From NCBI GenBank assembly GCA_964344785.1, contig CAYFOR010000001.1, forward strand, positions 22,723 through 86,722: a stretch of DNA of 64,000 bases, given 5' to 3'. Shown piece after piece: positions 1 to 9,010 of the stretch. The notes below the pieces were generated by a model. It was given only the letters and a program-made list of their open reading frames with translations, ran no database searches and was not told the origin of the DNA. Source of the stretch: an uncultured Piscirickettsiaceae bacterium. GTDB taxonomy: Bacteria; Pseudomonadota; Gammaproteobacteria; GCF-002020875. Each line of letters opens with the position of its first letter. The stretch's first letter is position 1. The position numbers and the translations under genes are program-made.

Positions 1-957
1 CTCCTTGTGCATGGGGAAATAGAGATAGCGGGTAGACGCCAGCTCGTCCTCACTCATGACGGAGAATTGCCCTCTCTGGCGCCACTTGAGATACTCCGAA
101 CGGTAAAATTCACGGATCTTTGCCAGCAGTGGCTTGGGCCGAACCCCCCGTTTTCCCGGACGTACCCAGTGTGCCACATGAGCAATCGCAAGATCAATGA
201 AACCGCGATGGCTGGATAGCCAGCCCCGAGAGGCCCCACGCTTCCAGTTCTGGAGGATGAAGTCCACCGTTTTCGGTCTCTCCCGAAAGCGGTTGATAAA
301 TGCCTTTGCATCGTCACTGACCTCTGCCTGCGATGCGCGCTTTTCAGCGTATAGCGCATGTCCCATCTCGTTGAACATCCAGCGGTTGGTGGTCCAGTAG
401 GAGCGTTTCGAATGGATCTTCGACTGTCTACCCTGAATAAAGGGAATCCCCATCTTCTGTGCCAATAGCGAAGCAGAGAAGTAGTGGGGAGAGGCCCCGT
501 TGCCACAGAGGATCAGATCGGGCTGGAAGCGCTCAATCACTTCGACAGTAAACTCAAACATCGCCGCCACCACACGACGCGGCACCTCATTGTCTCGTAG
601 CGACGCCTTGCCCCCGGCATTGTCCGGCCAGAGATAGCTGGAGAAGCCGAACGCCCGCCCGATGTCCCGCTCGCCAGCAAGTACGATTCGATTAACCGAA
701 ACCCCGGAGACATGCTCACACTCGGAGATGAGCGCCTCTGTCTCCTTCTTGACCGGTTTTTTCAGAATCTCCGCAGCATGAAAGTCAGGAAGGAAGAAAA
801 AATCCTCTTCTGCCACCATCCCCTGATACTCCTTGCGTGCAGCGACCGGACAGAGTACGGCGATTTTCCAATTTTCCTGCTTCCTGGCATGCTCGAGAAA
901 GGAGAGGTAATACGTACGGCGCAGGCCGTGAGGAAGAAAGAGAACGCGTTTTGACAT
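1..957 (-). CDS. Large polysaccharide-biosynthesis protein; N-terminal ~319 aa only, C-terminus lies beyond the window start. Possibly a KpsC/KpsS-like capsule transferase fold.
   Basis: Hand translation from ATG at 957..955 (MSKRVLFLPHGLRRTYYLSFLEHARKQENWKIAV...ILCGNGASPHYFSASLLAQKMGIPFIQ...) stays open to position 1. It is absent from the ORF track because there is no stop codon inside the window. The track ORFs 54..506, 537..719 and 785..997 are in other frames of the same DNA. Confidence 0.55.
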   Translation of the reverse strand, partial: MSKRVLFLPHGLRRTYYLSFLEHARKQENWKIAVLCPVAARKEYQGMVAEEDFFFLPDFHAAEILKKPVKKETEALISECEHVSGVSVNRIVLAGERDIGRAFGFSSYLWPDNAGGKASLRDNEVPRRVVAAMFEFTVEVIERFQPDLILCGNGASPHYFSASLLAQKMGIPFIQGRQSKIHSKRSYWTTNRWMFNEMGHALYAEKRASQAEVSDDAKAFINRFRERPKTVDFILQNWKRGASRGWLSSHRGFIDLAIAHVAHWVRPGKRGVRPKPLLAKIREFYRSEYLKWRQRGQFSVMSEDELASTRYLYFPMHKE

Positions 958-974
958 AGAGTTTAAAGAGGTGG

Positions 975-1718
975 TTAACGGTCCAATGCACGCTCACCGA
1001 GATATTCGAACGTAGTCAGCTTGCGTACATTATCCTGCTGAACCTCATAGCGCCCTTTCAGGTTTCTTTTCAGAAAATTGACATTCTTCGCCCTACCATC
1101 CACCAAAATGTAGAAATCGTTGGGGGCACTGCTTTCATAGAGGAGGATATCCGCAGAGAGATCTGCACGAAGCCATTGACCACCCTCACCAAAACCGAGA
1201 CCGTCTATCTCTCCCTGTACGCTGGCAGAAGAAGGGCCATCCAGATAGACAAAATTAGGAACGATATTGGGTAGTGAGTCGAACCGGAAACAGAGCTGCC
1301 CACTCAACTCCCGAACAGAGACTGTTGAGTAATGAAAAGTTACAAATTCCTGTAGCTCCTCGGGAACCTTCTTGCTGGTATTCTCCAGCCAATACTGTTC
1401 CGGGTCTACCGTCCAGAGTTTTCCCGGATGGCCCTCTTCACTATTCCTCTTCAGCGCATAGGCCATCAGAATTGAGGAGAAACCCACGCCAAACTCAAGC
1501 ACCACTTGGGGTCGACGGCTACGAATCAGGCGATAGAGATTGGCCAGATCATGATACATGGGACGAAACTCCTCTTCCGCTCCACGCTCCAGATAGGCCA
1601 ATGCTCCCTCATTACGCAGAAATGACTCTGACTCAACAATCAGATGCGGCAGATTGCGTTTTGTCTCCGCATCACGAAAGCGTGTTCGAAGAGAAAAGAG
1701 TTTACCCATTAATCCCAC
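975..1718 (-). CDS. Class I SAM-dependent methyltransferase
   Basis: 247-aa ORF with motif I VVLEFGVGFSS; lies inside the glycan locus on the same strand. Confidence 0.65.
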   Translation of the reverse strand: MGLMGKLFSLRTRFRDAETKRNLPHLIVESESFLRNEGALAYLERGAEEEFRPMYHDLANLYRLIRSRRPQVVLEFGVGFSSILMAYALKRNSEEGHPGKLWTVDPEQYWLENTSKKVPEELQEFVTFHYSTVSVRELSGQLCFRFDSLPNIVPNFVYLDGPSSASVQGEIDGLGFGEGGQWLRADLSADILLYESSAPNDFYILVDGRAKNVNFLKRNLKGRYEVQQDNVRKLTTFEYLGERALDR

Positions 1719-1727
1719 ACTGACCTC

Positions 1728-3644
1728 CTACGAGCCGATCTCAGCGATCACTCTTTCCACAAGACTTGCCGCATCCAGACGGTGGTAACCCAACACCTCA
1801 TCATTGAGACCACAGGCGGGAACCTCTTCTACCCCCCAGCGTACAATCTTTCTGTTCCCGGCGAGACCTGCCGCAGCAAGGTGCGAGGTGAGCATCTCAC
1901 CCATCCCCCCTGTCACATAGTGATCATCCAGAGTAATCACGGTGCCAACCTCACCCAATACATTTTGCAACCACGCAGTGTCGATACGGTTGAGCCAGGG
2001 TTGATTGACCACTTTAAGCCCCACACCATGTTCATCCCGCAGCGTCTGCGCCGCTTTCCACGCCTCACTCAGAAGAACAGAGCCATAGGCAAAGAGCGTG
2101 GCATCCCCCCCTTCAGTCACCTCAACACCTCGTCCCAATTCCACGTTATACGCCTGCGGAAGCTGGAAAGGGACGTGATAGGGGATCGTGATCAGGCGCA
2201 GATAGGTGCTTTCACCGTTCTCTTCTACCGCCCAACGCAGTGCCTGCTTCACCTCACTCTCACAACAGGGCTGGAAGAGAGAGAGGCCCGGTACGGCGGC
2301 CAGCGCCGAGATGTCACGCACCGACTGGTGGGAGTGCCCTGGGCCAGAGGGGAGAACCCCAGCCAGGGACCCGGCATAGATGCTCTTGGTACCTTCGGTG
2401 GCATTGTTGTAGAAGTGCTCGTTCGGGCGTGTGGAGAGGAAGCAGGCGAAGGAGTGCACCACCGGGAGAAAACCCTGCAACGCCATACCACCCGCCTGAG
2501 AAACCATATCCTGCTCGGCAATACCACACTCGATGAAACGGTCAGGGAATGCCTTGGCAAACGGAATGAGGCCACAATCGAGCATCAGGTCAGCATCCAG
2601 TACCAGTAGCTCGGGATACTCTTTACCCAGCGCCAACAGCTCCTCGGCATAGGCGGCAATCAGTTTCTGCGGTTGCTGCGGCACTGCTTTCACAGGTCTT
2701 GGCTTGCCGACCAGGCTCAGCTCCGGCAGCTCCAGCGACTGCAGTTGCCGGTTGGCACTCTCCACCAGCTCTGCCATCGCTTTCTCGTAGTCCTCTTCCG
2801 AGGGGGCACCGCTGTGATAGCCATAGAGTTCGTCTTCCGCCAGTTCACCCGGCTCCATAAAGGAGACACCGCATCCCTTGACGGTATCTGCAACGATCAC
2901 TTTGGGACGGTCAGAAACTTCGGCACAACGCGTCATGGCCGCAGTAAGCGCCTCCAAGTCATTGCCATCACACCGGTCCACATACCAACCGAAGGCAGCA
3001 AACTTCGCCTCCAGATCGCCAAGGTCACTGACACGGGAGACATAGGTATCGGACTGCAGTTTGTTATGGTCAACAATGACAGTGATGTTGTTCACTCCGT
3101 TATTGACGGTGGGGCTGAGAGACTCCCAGAACTGCCCCTCCTGCAACTCCCCATCTCCGGTAAGGACATAGTAGTGACTCTCGTGACCACGCAAACGATC
3201 GGCAATGGCCATACCGCGCGCCTTGGAGATCCCCATACCGAGAGAGCCGGTGTTGGTAACGATGTGATCAGTCTCCACATCAGGGTGCCCCGGGAGGCCA
3301 TCAAGACGACGCAACTGCTGCAGCCCCTCTTCCGGTAACAGGCCGCAACCGATCATTACAGCATAGATACCGGGGACGTCATGCCCTTTGGAGGAGAAGA
3401 AGATATCACGAGGTTCTGCCCCCCCCTCCTGGTTGACCCGGCGCAATACGTTAAGGAAGAGCCAGGAGAAGATATCCATGCTGCTGAAACTGGAACCAAT
3501 ATGGCCAGAACCTGCATAAGAGATCATGGAGAGGGTGTTGATGCGTGACAATGTGGCGAAGAGCCGGGTACGGGCAACGGGGTCGCCATCGTGGCTACGC
3601 ACTGCCTGTAGTTGACTTACGGGGACGAAACGAATCTCGGACAT
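1728..3644 (-). CDS. Transketolase, full length (ThDP-dependent)
   Basis: 638 aa; N-terminal GSGHIGSSFSSMDI and the GDGELQEG ThDP-binding motif; Pyr and C-terminal transketolase domains are present. Confidence 0.85.
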   Translation of the reverse strand: MSEIRFVPVSQLQAVRSHDGDPVARTRLFATLSRINTLSMISYAGSGHIGSSFSSMDIFSWLFLNVLRRVNQEGGAEPRDIFFSSKGHDVPGIYAVMIGCGLLPEEGLQQLRRLDGLPGHPDVETDHIVTNTGSLGMGISKARGMAIADRLRGHESHYYVLTGDGELQEGQFWESLSPTVNNGVNNITVIVDHNKLQSDTYVSRVSDLGDLEAKFAAFGWYVDRCDGNDLEALTAAMTRCAEVSDRPKVIVADTVKGCGVSFMEPGELAEDELYGYHSGAPSEEDYEKAMAELVESANRQLQSLELPELSLVGKPRPVKAVPQQPQKLIAAYAEELLALGKEYPELLVLDADLMLDCGLIPFAKAFPDRFIECGIAEQDMVSQAGGMALQGFLPVVHSFACFLSTRPNEHFYNNATEGTKSIYAGSLAGVLPSGPGHSHQSVRDISALAAVPGLSLFQPCCESEVKQALRWAVEENGESTYLRLITIPYHVPFQLPQAYNVELGRGVEVTEGGDATLFAYGSVLLSEAWKAAQTLRDEHGVGLKVVNQPWLNRIDTAWLQNVLGEVGTVITLDDHYVTGGMGEMLTSHLAAAGLAGNRKIVRWGVEEVPACGLNDEVLGYHRLDAASLVERVIAEIGS

Positions 3645-3677
3645 AGTTCTCAGCTTTTTGTTGGTCGAAAGGTATCT

Positions 3678-5156
3678 TCAGATGGAATCGGGATTCACAA
3701 TCATGTAGACATCTTTCAGGTCGGAATAGATATCGAGTGCCTCGGTACCGGGTTCACGGCTACCGTTGCCTGACTGCTTCACCCCACCGAAAGGCATGTG
3801 TGGTTCCGAACCATAGGTTCCTGCATTCACCACCACAACGCCAGAGTGGGCATTATGGGTAAACTGCATGGCACGGTCGAAGCTACGGGTATGGATAGAG
3901 GCGGTGAGGCCATAGGGGCTGTCATTGGTCATCTCCAATGCCTCCTCGAAGTCACTCACCCGGTAGAGGGTGGCAATGGGGCCGAACAGCTCACAGGTGG
4001 AAATCTCGTCACTGGGTGTAACCCCTTCCACCAGCGTAGGGGCCATGTAGTAGCCATTGGCATGCTCTGGGGTCTCCAGTCGTTTGCCTCCGGCAAGCAG
4101 TGTTGCACCGGCCACGACCGCACGCTCGACCGAGCCGACCATATTATCCAGCTGACGCTGGTTGATTACCGGTCCAAGGTCATCGCCATCGTTTGGCCCA
4201 ATCTTGAGATTGGCAGTCGCTTCTACCAGCATTTTCTTGAAACGGTCGTAGACGGCATCAAAGATGATGATGCGACTTCCTGCTGCACAGCGCTGCCCGG
4301 CATTACTGAAGGCGGAGAGACAGACCCACTTCACCGCATTCTCCAGATCGGCATCATCACAGACCACCAGTGGATTCTTCCCCCCCAGTTCAAGCGAGAC
4401 CTTGGCCAACCGCTTGCCTGCCTGTTCGGCAATCCAGCGCCCCACACCCGTGGAGCCGGTAAAGCTGATCACATCGACCCCTTCGTGTTCAACGATGGGG
4501 GCACCCGCCTCCAGCCCCAACCCCTGGATCACGTTGAGCACCCCTTTCGGTATGCCGACAGCGTGGGCAACCTCGGCAAAGAGCCAAGCCGTAGCAGGCG
4601 TATCCTCTGCCCCCTTGAGCACCACGCCATTACCGCAGATCAGCGCAGGAAACACCTTCCAGGCCACATTGGCAATCGGGGTGTTGGCTGCAATAATGAG
4701 TCCCGCCACACCACAGGGCTGACGGATGGTCATGGCATATTTATTCTCCGCACCGCTGGTGGTGGTGCGGCCATAGAGGCGTTGCCCCTCACCCGCATAG
4801 AAACGGCCCAGGGCAATGGCACCACCGGTCTCTCCAAGCGCCTCCTGATAGCTCTTGCCGGTCTCCAGCGCCACAGTTCGCGCCATCTCTTCCTGGCGAC
4901 CTTCCAGCAGGTTACAGATCTTGTGCAGCAGATTGCCACGCTGCACTGCTGGTGTTTTGGCCCAAGCAGGCTGCGCAGATCGCGCCGCACTTACCGCAGC
5001 ATCAACATCCTCCTTATGGGAGCGTGCGAGATGGGAGATCACCTCTCCACTGTGAGGAGAGTATTTCTCCACCCACTCCCCACAAAGAGCAGGAACCTCT
5101 TCCCCATTGAGCCAGTTTGGAATTTGTTGTGGAAATGGTTGGTGTTCACTTGCCAT
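3678..5156 (-). CDS. NAD(P)-dependent aldehyde dehydrogenase
   Basis: 492 aa; ELGGKNP (catalytic Glu) and GQRCAAGSR (catalytic Cys) motifs. Confidence 0.85.
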   Translation of the reverse strand: MASEHQPFPQQIPNWLNGEEVPALCGEWVEKYSPHSGEVISHLARSHKEDVDAAVSAARSAQPAWAKTPAVQRGNLLHKICNLLEGRQEEMARTVALETGKSYQEALGETGGAIALGRFYAGEGQRLYGRTTTSGAENKYAMTIRQPCGVAGLIIAANTPIANVAWKVFPALICGNGVVLKGAEDTPATAWLFAEVAHAVGIPKGVLNVIQGLGLEAGAPIVEHEGVDVISFTGSTGVGRWIAEQAGKRLAKVSLELGGKNPLVVCDDADLENAVKWVCLSAFSNAGQRCAAGSRIIIFDAVYDRFKKMLVEATANLKIGPNDGDDLGPVINQRQLDNMVGSVERAVVAGATLLAGGKRLETPEHANGYYMAPTLVEGVTPSDEISTCELFGPIATLYRVSDFEEALEMTNDSPYGLTASIHTRSFDRAMQFTHNAHSGVVVVNAGTYGSEPHMPFGGVKQSGNGSREPGTEALDIYSDLKDVYMIVNPDSI

Positions 5157-5170
5157 CTGATTTTAATCCT

Positions 5171-5983
5171 TTAAAGTGCGGTCCAGCCGCCATCGATCAC
5201 CATGTTGGAACCGGTCATGTAGGATGAGGCATCCGACATCAGAAAGACCGCCGCACCGTTGTACTCCGACTCATCCGCCATTCTCCCCATCGGCACACGA
5301 CCACAATAATTCTCCAGAAACTCCTCATCCTGGTGATTGAAGACGCCACCAAAGGAGAGCACGTTGGCCCGAACCCCCTGCCGTCCCCAGTAGGCCGCCA
5401 GATAGCGGGTGAAGTTGATCAGTGCAGACTTGGAGGTCGCATAGGCGACCGGTTTGTAGAAGACTTCCCCTCGCTGGCGACGATATTCGTAGATGGACTG
5501 GTCGGGGGAGACCATGCCGTAGGTGGAGCCGATGTTGACGATGGAACCGCCCCCTGCTTTCGCCATCATTTCACCGAATACCTGACAGGCGAGGAAGATG
5601 CCGGTTACATTCACCTCCATCACCTTGCGGAAAGACTCCTCAGGGTAGCTCTCGAAAGGGCCATTCTCTTCCGCAGGTGCCCCCGGCGGCGAGTCGAGGG
5701 CAGCGTTGTTGATCAGCCCGTAGGGGGTGCCGAGCTTCTCTTTAACTCTCTCTGCCGCCGCCACCAGTGCGCCACGATCGGTAATGTCTGCGCCAACAAA
5801 GAGCACACGCTCCTCCCCCAACGAAACGAACTCTTCTGCCAGCTCACCGATACCGGGAAGATCGATCACTGCCACCTTGGCACCATGCTGCAACAGTGTC
5901 CGGGTAAATTGTCGCCCCAACTGCCCCAGGCCACCGGTTACCACCACCACACGATCCTTGAGATCGAATAACTCTGTACCCAT
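5171..5983 (-). CDS. Short-chain dehydrogenase/reductase (SDR)
   Basis: 270 aa; N-terminal VVVVTGGLGQLG Rossmann motif. Confidence 0.8.
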   Translation of the reverse strand: MGTELFDLKDRVVVVTGGLGQLGRQFTRTLLQHGAKVAVIDLPGIGELAEEFVSLGEERVLFVGADITDRGALVAAAERVKEKLGTPYGLINNAALDSPPGAPAEENGPFESYPEESFRKVMEVNVTGIFLACQVFGEMMAKAGGGSIVNIGSTYGMVSPDQSIYEYRRQRGEVFYKPVAYATSKSALINFTRYLAAYWGRQGVRANVLSFGGVFNHQDEEFLENYCGRVPMGRMADESEYNGAAVFLMSDASSYMTGSNMVIDGGWTAL

Positions 5984-5991
5984 AACGTTCT

Positions 5992-6522
5992 CTATTTCTC
6001 GTTAAACACTGAAACGATGAGGTCGCAAACCTCACGCACCGCGCCTTTGCCACCCAACAGTTGTGTACGGTAGCGACCATACGGGATCACATCCGGGTGA
6101 GAGTCCTGTACCACGATTGGCAGACCCACAACCTCCAGACAGGAGATATCGTTGATGTCATTGCCCATGAATGCGGCCTGCTCAGGCTTCAGCCCGCGCT
6201 GCTCCAACATTTCCAGAAGAACTCCACGCTTCTCATCACACCCCTGAACATAGGGCAGGCCCAACTTTTTACAGCGAGCCCCTACCACGGGATTCACCTC
6301 CTTGGAGATGACACACATCTCGACTCCCAGCTTGCGCAGCTCTGCCAGTCCCATGCCATCCAAGCGAGAACAAGCGACCGCTTCACGCCCGTCTTCCAGT
6401 ACATAGACCCCGTTATCGGTAAAGACTCCATCGAAGTCGAAGGCGATAAAGCGAAGTGTGCGGATACTCTCCTTCAGCCCTTCCGCTATCGGAACGGTAA
6501 AGAGGGGAGAAACCGATCTCAT
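5992..6522 (-). CDS. KdsC-family HAD phosphatase (3-deoxy-ulosonate/nonulosonate-phosphate phosphatase)
   Basis: 176 aa; FDFDGVFTDNGVY and MGNDINDISCL motifs typical of KdsC/YrbI. Its stop overlaps the start of the adjacent NeuB gene. Confidence 0.7.
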   Translation of the reverse strand: MRSVSPLFTVPIAEGLKESIRTLRFIAFDFDGVFTDNGVYVLEDGREAVACSRLDGMGLAELRKLGVEMCVISKEVNPVVGARCKKLGLPYVQGCDEKRGVLLEMLEQRGLKPEQAAFMGNDINDISCLEVVGLPIVVQDSHPDVIPYGRYRTQLLGGKGAVREVCDLIVSVFNEK

Positions 6523-7571
6523 TCGCTCAGGTTTTCAAAGAGGAGATTTTCATCCTCTGCGATCGGTCTCAGTGCCTTGCGTCCGAGAATTGCACCCATT
6601 TCATAAGGTGGCAGACCATCACCCGGGGACTTGATGGCGATATCCTCTTCGGTCAATACATGCCCTTCGGGCAAGGCACGAGCTGCAACCAGCTTCTTGC
6701 CCATCTTGTGCATCGGGGCAAGCTCCGATTCATAGACCGACTTGGCACCACTACCCAGTGCCAATCGGGTCCGGCGCAGATCACGCACCATACGACGCAT
6801 GCCTGGAGGTGCCAGGGAGAAGGCATGATCGGACCCTTTCATGGTACGGTCCAGTGTGAAATGCTTCTCGATGACCCGTGCTCCAAGAACATAGGCCACC
6901 ACACTCATGGCAATACCGTTATCGTGCGATGAGAGGCCGATGGTCGCCTCTGGAAAATCTTGACGAAAACTCTCAATGACTCTCAGATTGAGTTCTTCCC
7001 ATTTGGGTGGATATCCGGCAGTACACTGCAGAATACAGAACTGTTCATTGATGGGCATCACCTCTTCATAGACACGACGCACATCGTCGATGGTTCCCCC
7101 TCCTGTACTCACGATCACGGGCTTGCCAAATGAGGCGACATGCTTGATCAGTGGCAGATTTTTCAGGTCTCCGGAGGCGATCTTGTAGAGTGGCATCTCC
7201 AGCTCTTCCAGAAAATCTGCACTCTGAATATCAAAGGGTGTGGAGAACATCGTCAGCCCCAACTCCTTTGCATACCCCTGCAGCTCTACATACTCATCAT
7301 GCCCCAGTTCCAGCGCCTCACGATGCTCACCATAGGTCGGGGCAAAAGCACTATGGCTGTTATAGGTTTGCCCAAACATCTCCTTGGTAAACAGAGAGCG
7401 GTTATTCCGTTTCTGCAGTTTGACCGCGTCAGCACCACATTCCTTGGCGGAGTCGAAAAGCTTCTTGGCAAGCTCGACACTACCCTGGTGGTTATGCCCA
7501 ATTTCTGCGATGACATAACAGTCGCTCTCATCATCGACCCGCTTTCCGTCAATCTCTAGTCCTCTAGCCAT
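6519..7571 (-). CDS. N-acetylneuraminate (nonulosonate) synthase family protein, NeuB/PseI/LegI-like, with C-terminal SAF domain (paralogue 1)
   Basis: 350 aa; VIAEIGHNHQGS, TIGLSSHD and VIEKHFTLDR motifs; SAF domain at the C-terminus. Confidence 0.85.
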   Translation of the reverse strand: MARGLEIDGKRVDDESDCYVIAEIGHNHQGSVELAKKLFDSAKECGADAVKLQKRNNRSLFTKEMFGQTYNSHSAFAPTYGEHREALELGHDEYVELQGYAKELGLTMFSTPFDIQSADFLEELEMPLYKIASGDLKNLPLIKHVASFGKPVIVSTGGGTIDDVRRVYEEVMPINEQFCILQCTAGYPPKWEELNLRVIESFRQDFPEATIGLSSHDNGIAMSVVAYVLGARVIEKHFTLDRTMKGSDHAFSLAPPGMRRMVRDLRRTRLALGSGAKSVYESELAPMHKMGKKLVAARALPEGHVLTEEDIAIKSPGDGLPPYEMGAILGRKALRPIAEDENLLFENLSE

Positions 7572-7644
7572 TTCACTTCCCTTGTTGAGCGTCGAAATTC
7601 GACGTGTCTACTATTTAAAGATAAATTGATCCGTACCCAGTGCC

Positions 7645-8352
7645 CTACTTCTTGCGCGAGAGGATAAACTCTGTCAGTTCGATATCCCATTCGGTATCTA
7701 TGCTGACAAACTCCCCTTCCAGCACAAGAGCACCGGTCTTCCGCCCCTTCATTTTTCCCTGCTCCATCACACACTCACGGGTCAGTGCATAGCAGACCCC
7801 ATTGCGATGATAGACCGGCTTAAGCTGCTGACGGGCGACGATCTCGGCCCCCTTGGGATCGTAGTAATCCAGCTGATCCTCTTCCCCAACCACTAGCTGT
7901 TTCAACGGATGCCCCTTCGAGTCGGTCTCGGACAGTGTCCAGACCGAATCAAGATCTTCCTCCACCAGCTTTCGAATGGTAGCCTCCACCTGCTCCGGCT
8001 CTCGCAGCGGTGCTGTGGGCTGAAGAAGAACCGCAATATCGTAGCGCACACCATCGATCCGTTCACACTCCTGCAGCGCATGCTGCAGAACCGGAATATC
8101 GGCAATACGATCCCCTGCCAGGTCATCCGGGCGCATGAAAGGGGCCGCCAGCCCCGCTTCTGCTGCCACCCGTGCAATCTCTGCATGGTCTGTAGAGATC
8201 ACCGCACGATCGATCAACGGTACTTGACGCACAACATCCCCCACCAGCGCTACCATCGGCCGTCCACCGATCTTGCGCAGGTTCTTCAGCGGAATCCCCT
8301 TGCTGCCACCACGCGCCTGACAAACTGCCAGTACCCTTTTCCCTTCGATCAT
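7645..8352 (-). CDS. CMP-nonulosonate synthetase (acylneuraminate cytidylyltransferase family)
   Basis: 235 aa; ARGGSKGIPLKN glycine-rich loop of the NeuA/KdsB fold. Confidence 0.8.
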   Translation of the reverse strand: MIEGKRVLAVCQARGGSKGIPLKNLRKIGGRPMVALVGDVVRQVPLIDRAVISTDHAEIARVAAEAGLAAPFMRPDDLAGDRIADIPVLQHALQECERIDGVRYDIAVLLQPTAPLREPEQVEATIRKLVEEDLDSVWTLSETDSKGHPLKQLVVGEEDQLDYYDPKGAEIVARQQLKPVYHRNGVCYALTRECVMEQGKMKGRKTGALVLEGEFVSIDTEWDIELTEFILSRKK

Positions 8353-8366
8353 CCCTGTTTCTCCAG

Positions 8367-8996
8367 CTATACCATCCGTTCCATCAATTCCGGCAGGCCG
8401 CTCATCCCATCAATGAGATTGTGCGGCGGCTGCTGAAACGGATTCTCTTCGTTATCGATACCAACAAAGTGGCACCCCACCTCTTCGGCAGCGGCACGAT
8501 CGGGTTCACCATCACCTACCATCAACACCTCTTCACGCTTTACATGACACGCTGCCATGATGGCATTGAGGTTTTCACTCTTTCCCTGAGGCGCGCCATA
8601 GATACCATCAAACCAGTGCCCCATCTGTCGCAGATGAATCAACTCCGTGAGGGGGCCGGTTGGAGTGGCCGAGTTGACGTAGAGGCGCTTGCCCGCTCCA
8701 CTGAGGGCACGTAACGTCCTCTCTGTTCCAACAATTTCGGGGGCCTCGGTGATCTTTTCCTCACAGAGCCTGGTATAGCGCTCCGCCAGTTGTGCTGCAT
8801 CGGCTTTTTCGGAAAGCGCCGCTGCAAACTGATCAAAGACCCAGTACCGATCTCCTGCATCTTCACGCCCGAGTACCGATTCCATCAAACCCACACCGCC
8901 TCCAAACGCCTGTGCGACCTCAAAGAAGCTCTGGCGTTTGATGTGGTTGGAATCTACCAGGGTCCCGTCAAAATCGAACACCACACAGCATATCAC
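8367..8996 (-). CDS. HAD-superfamily hydrolase (phosphatase-like)
   Basis: 209 aa; VVFDFDGTLVDS motif I. Confidence 0.65.
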   Translation of the reverse strand: MICCVVFDFDGTLVDSNHIKRQSFFEVAQAFGGGVGLMESVLGREDAGDRYWVFDQFAAALSEKADAAQLAERYTRLCEEKITEAPEIVGTERTLRALSGAGKRLYVNSATPTGPLTELIHLRQMGHWFDGIYGAPQGKSENLNAIMAACHVKREEVLMVGDGEPDRAAAEEVGCHFVGIDNEENPFQQPPHNLIDGMSGLPELMERMV

Positions 8997-9010
8997 CGCT
9001 GACAGACCTG

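Noticed and set aside
3798-5174. 458-aa plus-strand ORF antisense to the aldehyde dehydrogenase gene. Similar long antisense ORFs are 1782..2609, 2673..3338, 9044..10114, 11744..12670, 17483..18751, 52483..53595 and 59019..59729.
   Set aside because: Each lies opposite a minus-strand gene with clear family motifs. Their translations are Arg/His/Gln-rich low-complexity sequences typical of antisense frames in GC-rich DNA, and none has a recognisable motif.
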